A stretch of DNA of 64,000 nt from a virus. Taxonomy: Duplodnaviria > Caudoviricetes. Positions 18,878 through 28,823 of this stretch are shown here, piece by piece. The stretch lies in the IMG/VR virus record IMGVR_UViG_3300033067_001009, positions 1-64,000 of that record, one strand, 5' to 3'. The first letter of the stretch is position 1. Each line of letters begins with the position of its first letter. The translations under genes and the position numbers were made by a program. The notes below the pieces were generated by a model, which was not told the DNA's origin, ran no database searches, and saw only the letters and a list, made by a program, of their open reading frames with translations.

Positions 18878-19649
18878 GACTGTCGAAAACGTAATCGCCG
18901 CAGCCCGTATCCTTATCCGTCGTCCGAGCGAGCAAAAACTCGCCTCGGACGATATGCGGTACTTGCTGCACAACGTTCTGGACGAGTTGAACGGGATGGC
19001 GCTCAAGCGCAACAGAGACTACTTCACCTCGTCCGAGCTGATTACGTTAGCGTACAGCGCTCCGTTGATCGCGTACACGATCACGTTGTCGGTGACGGGG
19101 GACACTGAGTTCTATCCGATCCATCTGGTGTATCAGAACCTGAACCAGAACCCCGACACCGACCCTTGGTACAAGGTCAACCACGTCAAGATTTCACAGT
19201 ACCCGACCGAGAGCAATAAGAATGCTCCGGTCTACGCCTTGCTGGAGACGGTGCTCGGGGCGACCAAGGCAGTCAAAATACGACTCAACCTCAAGGACGA
19301 GTTCGTCCAGCAGCAGCGCTGGAGACTTGATTATCGGGCGTTCCCGAAAGCCATCCTGCAATTTACGGACACCGTCCCGTTCCCGCAGGAGCACACAGTC
19401 CTGCTGGAGACGGCGCTGGCCGAGGAGTCCATCCAGCTTGTCAGCGACAACAGCGCCGACTGGGTCGCATTCAAACAATCAAGATACCCATCGCTCGGGA
19501 TGAAGAAAATGGTATTGATAAAGGCTTTTAACGAGTGGCTCGACCGAGACATCGAGAACATTATAATTACTGACAAACCGTACCATTACATTCGCAATAA
19601 CCCACAGATGCAAGGCCGGTTGTTGAATCTAAGGACGGAACCGCAATAA
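18870..19649 (+). CDS. putative head-tail adaptor / tail tubular protein
   Basis: Position and size; helical N-terminus followed by a beta region. Confidence 0.4.
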   Translation: MHKTVENVIAAARILIRRPSEQKLASDDMRYLLHNVLDELNGMALKRNRDYFTSSELITLAYSAPLIAYTITLSVTGDTEFYPIHLVYQNLNQNPDTDPWYKVNHVKISQYPTESNKNAPVYALLETVLGATKAVKIRLNLKDEFVQQQRWRLDYRAFPKAILQFTDTVPFPQEHTVLLETALAEESIQLVSDNSADWVAFKQSRYPSLGMKKMVLIKAFNEWLDRDIENIIITDKPYHYIRNNPQMQGRLLNLRTEPQ

Positions 19650-19655
19650 TGAGAT

Positions 19656-19874
19656 ATGAAGCAGCTATGCGAGCAATGTGAGAAGCGACCGGCCAAAATG
19701 ATGCGCCGGTCTCACAAGTATCGTGGAGCTAAAAGCAACCTCATCATAAAAGCGGACAAGCGGCACTCGATGTGCTTACAGTGCTGTCGTAGCCTGTGCG
19801 AGCCGATCAGACAGCAGGAACAGTATGAGCGTTATATTTGCAAAACCGGAGACGATACAAGGGATGCTTCTTAG
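19656..19874 (+). CDS. small Zn-finger protein
   Basis: CEQC...CLQC. Confidence 0.45.
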   Translation: MKQLCEQCEKRPAKMMRRSHKYRGAKSNLIIKADKRHSMCLQCCRSLCEPIRQQEQYERYICKTGDDTRDAS

Positions 19875-20847
19875 CATCATCAACGCTGCTCCTGTCGGGG
19901 ACTTCTCGGACAGGGTGGCGATTGACGCGAGTGCCGATAAGCGCTATTCTGACGAGTTCGTCCGTACCGCTCGTCGAATGGCCGCAGCCCGTGTACTGGA
20001 AGCCATCGGCAACAACCCGCAGCACCCGTACTGGGGATACTTGGCAACCAAGGTATCTGTCGTCAATGGTGACGCGATCCCTCCCTGCTTCGGGCAAATC
20101 GGCATCCCTGAGATTCAACCGGCCAACGGCAGCTCGTGGATTCAAGGCGACGAAGCGGCGAGCGACGAAATCGACTCGTACCGTGGGGACTCGGTCGACA
20201 ACGCAGGTCTCAACCTTTTCAGCAACCCGCTCGGTGAGGCTCGCTACTCGCATCTCCAGAAAGCAACGAGCGGGGTCAAGAACCCGATTTCTGCCAAGTA
20301 CTCGACCACGAATGGTTACATTACTTTTACAGGCTACGCTTGCCGGATGCCGATGCTCAAAGTTCCGGACGATGGCGGACGTACACTGGCAGGGACGGTC
20401 AGTACAACGTCCGAAAGCAACAGCGTGGTCGGTACGCTGGCTTTTCAATTAACCGACATCGGAAAACGTCTCATCGTAACTTATGACAACACGCTGGTCT
20501 TTACAGGTATTATTCAATCGCTTGCGACAACGAGCATTGCCAACGACACGGCAGTCACCGATACCCAGTCGGAGCTTACACAGGCCGGAGCGTCGGCGCG
20601 TACCGAGGACGTCTATCTGGCGATGGATGACACGCTCGACAACAAGATACCGGTAGAGCTGGCAGCCACGAACGTCCGGCTGGCAATCGGTTTGCTGGTC
20701 AAAGAGGGTGACAGCTTGCGCCAGATCGCCGCAGCGTACGCCGGTCAGGGAGAGGTCGATCTGATTAAGATCACGCAGGGAGCCACGGCTGTCAACGCAT
20801 TAGACGTGACCCGTGCTATTCAGTCGTTCCAGCGTTACAAACAGTAA
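19825..20847 (+). CDS. putative virion structural protein
   Basis: 340-aa ORF in the tail module. Confidence 0.6.
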   Translation: MSVIFAKPETIQGMLLSIINAAPVGDFSDRVAIDASADKRYSDEFVRTARRMAAARVLEAIGNNPQHPYWGYLATKVSVVNGDAIPPCFGQIGIPEIQPANGSSWIQGDEAASDEIDSYRGDSVDNAGLNLFSNPLGEARYSHLQKATSGVKNPISAKYSTTNGYITFTGYACRMPMLKVPDDGGRTLAGTVSTTSESNSVVGTLAFQLTDIGKRLIVTYDNTLVFTGIIQSLATTSIANDTAVTDTQSELTQAGASARTEDVYLAMDDTLDNKIPVELAATNVRLAIGLLVKEGDSLRQIAAAYAGQGEVDLIKITQGATAVNALDVTRAIQSFQRYKQ

Positions 20848-22916
20848 TGAGCAAGTATATATTAGCACAATTCAGATTCCGAAATGGGTATGCCAGTTCT
20901 CTTCCGATCACGGAGGGGAACGGTTATCTGCGTCAGGGAACCATCAACGCTATGGTCACCGGAGCGGGTTTGATTGTGCCGTTCAAGGGACTCGGAGCAC
21001 AGCTCGGACTGGTCGGCTCCAAGCAGTCCTTTATGACCGACAACTATTATGCGGGTCTAGGGTCTGGTTCCCAAACAGGACAAGGCTCGATGTTTCAAGC
21101 GATAAACTTGATGTTCTTTTGCGGTGAGGGTGCAGTAGCCGTCAAAGGGATTCAAATATCGGATGGAGTCGACCCGCTCCAAGCATCTACCAACTTGTCC
21201 TACCTGAAACGAGTCGACGGAGAGTTCACAGAGGGGACACTGGGGACTAACCAGTTTCAGGTAGGGCACCCCCGACCGGACAGCCCGAGCATCTACCTTA
21301 AGACACCCCCGTCGTCCGGCAAGTCCCCGATGAGTGCGGCGATCTCGGTCGTCGTCTGGAGAGCCGATTCTAACACTGGGCAGACCTCACTGCCGTCCGT
21401 CCCCAGCACGGTGCTGGAGCTGGCGAACGGTTCGTGCATCGTCCAGTTCGGATTGCCAGACGCGAACGGTCAGGATGTCTGGGGCATCGGAGTTCCGCTG
21501 CTGGGTCTCAGAGACTTAGGGAATTTCTATCAGTTACCTATCGACATAGGTGGAGAGGTTCTGGAGTCTACCCTCTCATATACACGCGCCATCGACAAGG
21601 CGACGATCAATCTTGGGGACACGGTGCTGACGATCCACGGAACTACTCCGGTCGATAAACAATTCACGACAGCGGACATCGGTAGACGAGTATCCATCGG
21701 AGTCGGGGGTGCCGACCTCGATTCGTGGATTGTCTCAATCACGGATGCGTTTACCGCTGTTGTTCACGATGCTGCTCTCAATACAGTGGGAGATGTCCCA
21801 CTAACAATCACCCACGCCATCGACGGTATCACGAGAGCCGTCGAAATTTCTTGGGCTGACACTGACCTGTTCGGGCAGGAGTTGGCTCCGTATTTGGCGT
21901 TTGAACCACCCGACTGCTTGTTCGCAGGGGTATTGAGGGATACGTTTTATGTGGAAGATTTGGAGGGTACCATCCTTTATTCAGTCCCTAATAGTTTGTC
22001 TTTTCCCCGTAGTCAGCGAATCTTCACCGAAGACCGAGCGACCTGTTGGATTTCCACCGGAAACGGGTACCATTGGCGAATCGCCCCGCAATCCGTGGGG
22101 AGACTCTACTACATTGGAGGACTTCAACCGATTCAACTTGACATCCTTTCCAATAACATTGGATGCCAATTTGTCCAGAACGCTTGTGTAGGGTATGGCG
22201 GGAACTTGATGCTGTGGTCTGGTAGACCGACACTCATCGGCATCGACGGCTCGATGAACTCGACATTCTACCTAATCGTCGAGCAGGACTTCGACGGTTG
22301 GGAAGACCAGACCGAGGATGAGCCTGTCGTCACTGCTTACGATCCGATAGGTCAGTATGAGGTCTGGGTTAAAGGCCGGACAGCTATTCCGCGCCACGCT
22401 CCAACCGGTAACTGGTCGAGTCCGTGCGACCTGACTCCGTGGCTGGAGAGCGAGGAGTCGATCATCGTCGGACGGGTCGTGATCCACGAACGACTGCATC
22501 TGGTCGAGAAGACCGTGTCAGGAGACCTGCTGCTCAAAGAGTGGAACGCCAACCTCGGGTCGGTGATGACGCTCCAGTCCTACTACGAGGATACCCAGAG
22601 AGCATTGGCAACCATCTCTCAGATCGATACTATTGTACAGGCCGCTGATAGGCAGACCAGCTTCAAGATGACGGTCATCAAAGACTTCGTCAAAGAGATC
22701 GAGATGGAAACCGTCGACATCCCCAGCAACCCGCACCATCAAGTCCTGACCTCATTCCGACCGAACATCCGTGGAGGGCAGGTTCTCGGCGTTAAAGTTG
22801 AGGTCTCTGGCGGCGGGGGAGCACCGGCTGACGGCAGGGCTGCGGTAGATTACATTACTTTTTACGGAGAGATTTCCGAGACGTTCGCACAGGTTGGCAC
22901 AGCCCAGCAGGTGTAG
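20847..22916 (+). CDS. putative tail/nozzle (stabilisation-type) protein
   Basis: 689 aa, beta-rich; position typical of short-tail nozzle genes. Confidence 0.5.
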   Translation: MSKYILAQFRFRNGYASSLPITEGNGYLRQGTINAMVTGAGLIVPFKGLGAQLGLVGSKQSFMTDNYYAGLGSGSQTGQGSMFQAINLMFFCGEGAVAVKGIQISDGVDPLQASTNLSYLKRVDGEFTEGTLGTNQFQVGHPRPDSPSIYLKTPPSSGKSPMSAAISVVVWRADSNTGQTSLPSVPSTVLELANGSCIVQFGLPDANGQDVWGIGVPLLGLRDLGNFYQLPIDIGGEVLESTLSYTRAIDKATINLGDTVLTIHGTTPVDKQFTTADIGRRVSIGVGGADLDSWIVSITDAFTAVVHDAALNTVGDVPLTITHAIDGITRAVEISWADTDLFGQELAPYLAFEPPDCLFAGVLRDTFYVEDLEGTILYSVPNSLSFPRSQRIFTEDRATCWISTGNGYHWRIAPQSVGRLYYIGGLQPIQLDILSNNIGCQFVQNACVGYGGNLMLWSGRPTLIGIDGSMNSTFYLIVEQDFDGWEDQTEDEPVVTAYDPIGQYEVWVKGRTAIPRHAPTGNWSSPCDLTPWLESEESIIVGRVVIHERLHLVEKTVSGDLLLKEWNANLGSVMTLQSYYEDTQRALATISQIDTIVQAADRQTSFKMTVIKDFVKEIEMETVDIPSNPHHQVLTSFRPNIRGGQVLGVKVEVSGGGGAPADGRAAVDYITFYGEISETFAQVGTAQQV

Positions 22917-22919
22917 TTC

Positions 22920-22933
22920 GAGTGTCGACACTC
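22920..22933. repeat. intergenic copy of the 14-bp palindrome
   Basis: Between TAG (22914-22916) and ATG 22942. Confidence 0.95.
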
Positions 22934-22941
22934 AAAGCACT

Positions 22942-24642
22942 ATGACAATGACTCCGAGTGAGAGAGCCGAGATACTTCGGGAAGCAATGGGATTCCAAGA
23001 CCCAGCCGGTCTGACCGCATTCATTCAACGGCAGAGCGCACTGGGTCGCCTTATCTACCCAGACTACCAGAGCACTCAGGCAATCACTGCCGGAGGAACC
23101 AACTTCTGCCCCAACTCCGATTTCGCGTGGTCTCATATGGCCGCAACCACCGCAGGTATCACCCCCGCCACAGCCGGAGACACCAATTACGAAATATACA
23201 GCGTGTTTCGGCAGGTTCAGGGAGCCAACATAGGTACCGACCGTGTCAGGTCTTCCGGTCACTCACTGTATGCGGCGAACGAGGGAGTCAGCACTTGGAT
23301 TCCAATCTGGGACAGGGTACAGGGCAACGTACATCTCGGTACAGGAACCATCGGAGCCGCCAACTACGACATCGCCGTCCAGATGACTAACTCGTGGTTG
23401 CAGAACAACAGATTCAGGTACGTCCGTGTAGCGGTTGCGACGGACGGTACCACTCCACTTCCGGTCGGCGCAAAACTCTACGCCGGTTACTGGGCAAAGT
23501 TCAGCGGCGGCACCGAGGGCTGGGTGACAGGCGACGGGTTTACTATCTCGTACCGGAGACACGCTCCGGTCGGAACCCGCCACCTGCAATACCTTGTGAT
23601 TGCCAAAACTTCGGTAGGCACTTCTCTGGAGAGTGCCGTGCTGGACGTACTAGACGCGCCGACCGACCTCGACTCCAACAACTACATCGAGCTGACATAT
23701 TCAGACGCTACCGGATTCATCCAGTTCGAGGTATACCGCAAAGACGTGGCGACCGGTCGTGTCGACTTAATCGCCAATGATGTCAACTCGTCCCAGCTCT
23801 GGGCGTATGACATCGGCCAGTCAATCCGCGTCGAGACAGCCGGATTCCCGTCCGGAGATATGACGGATCACCGAGCCTACTCAGAAGTGCTGCTGGATGC
23901 GGTGGATTACGCGCAGCAGCTCACGTTCCACGATCTCAAGGTTCGAGTACCGGCAACATTCGACACCTCTCACCTTGTGACTGTCTACCTGAGAATCGGC
24001 ATCAAGGATTTGGTCGCCGCTGACAGGCAGATTATTTTAGACACTGTGTGGGAAAGCGACAGCTTCAATGTCTGGTCACCGTCAGCCTTTGACGTATACC
24101 CCAGCCCACGCTCAACGACTCTCGCTACGGCACCACCGAGCGGGGGGACTAACCCGACAGACCATCCTCCGGTCGGAGGAGGTGTCAGCTGTCTATGGAC
24201 AGGTCACGACATCCTGACTTCCGGAGGGTGGTTAAAACTGGAGGAGTTACGGGAGGGTATGCGCGTAAAGACCGGAGCACCTCTCCCTAATCTGGTAGAG
24301 AGAATCCGATGGGCTACCGTCAGCCAGTACTTTATACTGGAGTTCAGCAACGGGGCAGTCCTCATCGCTACCGGCAGCCACCGGTTTGCCAGATCGCTGT
24401 ACGATGGCTCCGGAGTTCAGGTAGCCAATATGGAAGCCGGTGACACCGTACTGGGCGGGGATACTTCGCAAGGGGACTACGACATTACCCTGTTGTCTAA
24501 AGAGCTGGTGTCAGCTTCCGCGCAGCTTCCAGTGGCGACACTCAAGCATACCGCTAACAGCCCGAATAAGCTATACAGAGTGGGGTGTAAACTCACGGGT
24601 GTGTATGTCAATTCGCACAACCTAAAGTCACCTGACTTATAG
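22942..24642 (+). CDS. putative tail protein with C-terminal Hint domain
   Basis: Beta-rich body; C-terminal CLWTGHDILT...ATGSHRF...SHN. Confidence 0.7.
   Translation: MTMTPSERAEILREAMGFQDPAGLTAFIQRQSALGRLIYPDYQSTQAITAGGTNFCPNSDFAWSHMAATTAGITPATAGDTNYEIYSVFRQVQGANIGTDRVRSSGHSLYAANEGVSTWIPIWDRVQGNVHLGTGTIGAANYDIAVQMTNSWLQNNRFRYVRVAVATDGTTPLPVGAKLYAGYWAKFSGGTEGWVTGDGFTISYRRHAPVGTRHLQYLVIAKTSVGTSLESAVLDVLDAPTDLDSNNYIELTYSDATGFIQFEVYRKDVATGRVDLIANDVNSSQLWAYDIGQSIRVETAGFPSGDMTDHRAYSEVLLDAVDYAQQLTFHDLKVRVPATFDTSHLVTVYLRIGIKDLVAADRQIILDTVWESDSFNVWSPSAFDVYPSPRSTTLATAPPSGGTNPTDHPPVGGGVSCLWTGHDILTSGGWLKLEELREGMRVKTGAPLPNLVERIRWATVSQYFILEFSNGAVLIATGSHRFARSLYDGSGVQVANMEAGDTVLGGDTSQGDYDITLLSKELVSASAQLPVATLKHTANSPNKLYRVGCKLTGVYVNSHNLKSPDL
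24190..24621 (+). other. Hint (intein-like) autoprocessing domain, ~144 aa, no endonuclease
   Basis: Cys1 block, TxxH block B, terminal His-Asn followed by Leu. Confidence 0.75.
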
Positions 24643-24646
24643 GCAC

Positions 24647-24675
24647 TTGCATTACTGCATAGTTTGTAGTAATAT
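24647..24675 (+). promoter_or_regulatory. promoter overlapped by an inverted repeat
   Basis: TTGCAT-N17-TAATAT; ATTACTGCA/TGTAGTAAT dyad with one mismatch. Confidence 0.5.
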
Positions 24676-24729
24676 TTTGTGAGTACCCAACCCAGCACCT
24701 AGCGCTCGACTCTTTAAGGAGTAACTCCA

Positions 24730-25353
24730 GTGGGCGCAAAGCAAAGACTACGAGACCAACTTGAGCAGATGATGATGGCACAGATTCAGCGCAATAACGC
24801 ACCGAATCCGGAGCTGGAAATGCTCAAAGGTTACAACAAGAGCATCATCGACTGGCATCTCAACCCAAACAACACGGTCAAGGACATCGCCAAGCACCCA
24901 ACCATCGGCGGCAAGTTGCCGACATATCAGCTCGCCAAGTCATTCAGAGACAAAGGCCGGATCGGCAGGGGCATCGCCGGATTGGGAGGCAAAAACGATG
25001 CGGCGTATTCAAAAGACTTGGAGCAGCAGACCGACTTCGAGCGAGGGATCACAGCGTCAGGTATGCTGGAGACCGGCTTACAGAACGAGCTGGATCAGTC
25101 CGCATCCAACCTCGCCCAGCTGGAGGCGCAGGACGAGCAGCGACGGAGCAGCTCTAATAGTTTAATCCAGTATTACCACTCGGACTTGAACCGGAGAATC
25201 GCTTCCGGTGGCTGGGGCGGGTTTTTACGTGGGCTGGCTAGTACCGTAATACCAATCGGCGCGTCAATACTTACTGGCGGGCTGAGCGGTATGCTGTCCG
25301 GAGGAGGAGCGTCAGCGCAACCAAGACAAAGTAGCGCAGGAGTGCAGGGATAA
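24730..25353 (+). CDS. putative internal virion/ejection protein
   Basis: Helical, Gln-rich, with a Gly-rich hydrophobic C-terminal segment. Confidence 0.5.
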   Translation: MGAKQRLRDQLEQMMMAQIQRNNAPNPELEMLKGYNKSIIDWHLNPNNTVKDIAKHPTIGGKLPTYQLAKSFRDKGRIGRGIAGLGGKNDAAYSKDLEQQTDFERGITASGMLETGLQNELDQSASNLAQLEAQDEQRRSSSNSLIQYYHSDLNRRIASGGWGGFLRGLASTVIPIGASILTGGLSGMLSGGGASAQPRQSSAGVQG

Positions 25354-26090
25354 TGGCAATTCAAAATCAATATTCGCAGGATCGACCGAGAGTCATTTTC
25401 AAGTACACGTATCCAGCAGGTGCGGTGTACACGCTAAAGAGGTTTGTCGAGGTGGCTCTCAAGGCTGCGTCAGACCTCTTCATTAACCAAACCGTCGCCA
25501 ATGCTGCCGCTCGACTGGCGCTGACCAATATTCTGAGCGGGTATCTGGTCTACCAGACCGATACGACTGCGTTCTGGAAGTTCACCGGCACGAACCCAGC
25601 GGTCGCCGGAGACTGGACGCTGCAAGCCCAGCAGGTAGCTAACCAAGCGGCGAGGCTGGCAATCGCCGCACCACCGATTGGCACCATCGTGTACCAAGTT
25701 GACACGACCAGCTGGTACAACTACGTCGGCAACCCGAACAACACGGCTCTGAACAATCCAGCTGACAATACACAGTGGTTGATAGTCAACGCCGATATGA
25801 GTTTCACCCAGTACGTGATCGCTTTTCTTAAAGACTTGACGTGGGTTCTCGACGGGTATTCGTCCATAAAGAACGTCGACGGAGCAGCAGTGACGCTGAA
25901 AGTGCTGACCTCATTCGTCCGCAACAGCGACGGGGAGGCTCCGTACATTGCGACCCAGATGACTACCTACGGTACCGACATCGCCCAAAACGCAACCAAG
26001 CTACTGTACGGTCGGCTTGAGCCGCAAAGACTTGTGCTCTATTGCGCGTCCAACTGTGCTTTGGAATTAGACCTTTGCTTCGGAACATAA
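25353..26090 (+). CDS. structural protein with two internal fibre-type repeats
   Basis: VANAAARLAL...VYQTDT and VANQAARLAI...VYQVDT. Confidence 0.65.
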   Translation: MAIQNQYSQDRPRVIFKYTYPAGAVYTLKRFVEVALKAASDLFINQTVANAAARLALTNILSGYLVYQTDTTAFWKFTGTNPAVAGDWTLQAQQVANQAARLAIAAPPIGTIVYQVDTTSWYNYVGNPNNTALNNPADNTQWLIVNADMSFTQYVIAFLKDLTWVLDGYSSIKNVDGAAVTLKVLTSFVRNSDGEAPYIATQMTTYGTDIAQNATKLLYGRLEPQRLVLYCASNCALELDLCFGT

Positions 26091-28477
26091 TGAACAAGAT
26101 TCTGTTTACAATTTTATTCGTGCTGCTGCTTTGCGTGTCGACACTCGCAAGCAGCATTACCGTTAATCCGATCACCGTCTCGTCGTGGCGCTATCCAATG
26201 GTTCAGGGTATCAAAGTTCGCATTTACCCGAACAATACATTCCTGACATCGGACGGTTCATTGGTTAAACGTGGGCAGGTAGGTGTGTCCCAGTGGTATA
26301 AAGAGTACAGCTGTACGGTGAGCGGCACCAACGTGACCCTCCCGACAATGACGTTGGATTCGACCACGGATTCAGACGTGCCATCAGCATCATACACAGC
26401 GATCTTCTTCGACTCTAAAGGCAACAAGATAGATACTTATTACAACGCTTTCAGAGTCCCGTCTACATACGGATCGACAGTTACTTGGAACGACATCCGA
26501 GCGTACACCGAGTCCGTCAGCATCACGCTGCCGAGCGGGTATTATCCGGTTACCACGACCGATTCGAGACTGGAGAAAGACCTATCGCTGTACAGCAACT
26601 CTTTAACCACAGCAATCGCTGCTCTGGGCGTATCTGACACCACGCTGGGGTGTACCCGTGCTGTGACGGTCTCAGTCGATACCACGATACCCAAGAACCT
26701 CAAGCTCCGACCGAGCAGCGAGTGTTTGATTACGGTCGCCGCAGGTAAGACCCTGACTATTAACGCGATGGTCGAAGACCCTGTCAACTGGCGTATCTTC
26801 AACACCACCGCAGCGGGAGCCAGCGTACGATTCGGAAAGGGCGCTGTACACCGGATGAATATCAACTGGTGGACTGGCAGCGCCACCGGCGCTGCGGTCG
26901 ACGCTACCGACGCGATCTCGGAGGCACTGGCCTCGACCACTGCCAACGCCGGAGGGACAATCTATTTCCCCGAGGGCAACTACACGACGACCGGAGGACA
27001 TCAAGGAGCGGACAACGTGATTGTCGAGGGGGACTCGAACTTCGTCAGCTACGGGTATGGAGGCACCAACCTCAAGCTGGTTTCACCGACGACCACGTAT
27101 ATGTTTAAGATCGGGGAGGGGGAGTTCGGAATCCGGTTCAAAAATATTTTACTTGACGGTACAGGTACGACCGGCAAGGATGCGATTCTTTTACAGGGTG
27201 CGTACCCGAACACAAGTGGCGACCTCAAGTTCACGAACGTCACCATTCAGAACTTCGCCATCGGACTTCACTACAACTCAACCTCCGGAAGCTGGCAGTT
27301 CGCCCAGATCGGATTCGACTCGTGTATCTTTCAGACCAACACAGTCGCCGTCTCGGCCAACTCGTTGAACTCGCAGCTCACGTTCGAGAATACGAACTTC
27401 GCTGTACCAGCTTCCGGAAAGGCTTTCGATATGGCTGGCGGCGGGTTGCTGACAGTCAAAGGGTCGGAGTTCGCCGGAGGTGGTTCAACATCCAAGGTCA
27501 TCGTCATCAGCGGGGCGCACGTACAGTACGACTTCATAGGTGTGCAGGACGAGAACTTCGGGACGTTCTTGCAGAACGATGCGAGCGATGTCTCCGGCAT
27601 AACGAACATCATCGGGTCGCTGATCCAGTCGAAGATTCAGCTTAACCAGACGTGTACGCTGAACTCGTTCGGAAACAATTACCTATCTAAAGCATTCGTG
27701 TTCGGAGTCGGGGCAACTCCATTCGTCACCAGTCGTGGGGATCACATCCGAGGAGTGGATGTGGCAGACGGGGTAACCGTAGTGTCTCCACCCAGACTGG
27801 CGAGCGATGTAACTAAGCAGGACAACATCGTGATCGAAGAGAACGGTATCAATACCGAGCTGAGATACAGGCAGCCGGTTAAAGTGATCTCGCCTTTGAT
27901 CTACGACAGCACGTCGACCATACCGTTTTCGGTAGGCATCTACCAGCCGAGCGGCGTCGACAAGCCAGCGATCCGGTTCGGGAGACTGGACATCAACGGG
28001 GCATTCGATTACTACTACGACATCACCCGTGAGTACAGCACCGGACGTGCTATATTCTCCGGCAATCAAACCGGATTCGTTGGTTACGAATTTCGCAACG
28101 GTGACGTGTATGTCAGCGGTGCGATACGCGGTCAGTCCTACCAACTGACCGATGCCGCCACGATCACGTTAGACCCGAAAGCTGGTAATCACCAATACGT
28201 GACTCTGGGCGGCAACAGAACGCTGGCGATGCTGGCGTTGGGTGCAGCCGAGAAAACACGGTCGGACGGAATGAGACTCACAATCGAGATCATTCAAGAC
28301 GCGACCGGAACCCGTACCTGTTCCCTGTCGACCGGTTCGGCGGGACAGTTCGTATTCGGTACCGACATTGCAAGTATCACCTGCACGGTAACGGCGAACA
28401 AGAGAGACCTGCTCACTGTCGTCTATTCGGCTAGAATGGACAGGTGGATGGTCGTGGATTTCAAGAAAGGTTTTTAG
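26090..28477 (+). CDS. tailspike/fibre-like protein with pectate-lyase-like beta-helix and N-terminal signal peptide
   Basis: ATG overlaps the upstream TAA; MNKILFTILFVLLLCVSTLA; TDAISEAL...GGTIYFPEGNY beta-helix entry; fibre-type C-terminal domain (IIQDATGTRT). Confidence 0.75.
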   Translation: MNKILFTILFVLLLCVSTLASSITVNPITVSSWRYPMVQGIKVRIYPNNTFLTSDGSLVKRGQVGVSQWYKEYSCTVSGTNVTLPTMTLDSTTDSDVPSASYTAIFFDSKGNKIDTYYNAFRVPSTYGSTVTWNDIRAYTESVSITLPSGYYPVTTTDSRLEKDLSLYSNSLTTAIAALGVSDTTLGCTRAVTVSVDTTIPKNLKLRPSSECLITVAAGKTLTINAMVEDPVNWRIFNTTAAGASVRFGKGAVHRMNINWWTGSATGAAVDATDAISEALASTTANAGGTIYFPEGNYTTTGGHQGADNVIVEGDSNFVSYGYGGTNLKLVSPTTTYMFKIGEGEFGIRFKNILLDGTGTTGKDAILLQGAYPNTSGDLKFTNVTIQNFAIGLHYNSTSGSWQFAQIGFDSCIFQTNTVAVSANSLNSQLTFENTNFAVPASGKAFDMAGGGLLTVKGSEFAGGGSTSKVIVISGAHVQYDFIGVQDENFGTFLQNDASDVSGITNIIGSLIQSKIQLNQTCTLNSFGNNYLSKAFVFGVGATPFVTSRGDHIRGVDVADGVTVVSPPRLASDVTKQDNIVIEENGINTELRYRQPVKVISPLIYDSTSTIPFSVGIYQPSGVDKPAIRFGRLDINGAFDYYYDITREYSTGRAIFSGNQTGFVGYEFRNGDVYVSGAIRGQSYQLTDAATITLDPKAGNHQYVTLGGNRTLAMLALGAAEKTRSDGMRLTIEIIQDATGTRTCSLSTGSAGQFVFGTDIASITCTVTANKRDLLTVVYSARMDRWMVVDFKKGF

Positions 28478-28481
28478 CTTT

Positions 28482-28495
28482 GAGTGTCGACACTC
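28482..28495. repeat. intergenic copy of the 14-bp palindrome
   Basis: 4 nt after a stop codon, immediately before GAGGAGG. Confidence 0.95.
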
Positions 28496-28511
28496 AAGAG
28501 GAGGTTTAACC

Positions 28512-28823
28512 GTGCCAGTAAACAATGCCGTCTTGGCAACCTTGACGACCGAGATCACAGCCGGAGCACAGACGCTGGCGACACTGTTCGCCGCTATCCG
28601 CGCCGGTAAATATTCCAATTACACGTCGGTCGTATTCACGAATCGTGGCAGTACAACGCTGCGGTTCTTCATTACCGAGCTTGGCTACTCTGCCGTCAAC
28701 GGCAACTCGGTCACGCTTGAGGGAGGCGAGCAGCTCCCGATCAGCTCGCTTAACACCGGTACGGTTTACGTGCTGGGTGCAGGAGCCAACGATCTGTTGG
28801 AGTTCCGAGGAGAGATCGCATAA
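28512..28823 (+). CDS. small beta-rich putative structural protein
   Basis: GAGGAGG RBS, GTG start. Confidence 0.65.
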   Translation: MPVNNAVLATLTTEITAGAQTLATLFAAIRAGKYSNYTSVVFTNRGSTTLRFFITELGYSAVNGNSVTLEGGEQLPISSLNTGTVYVLGAGANDLLEFRGEIA

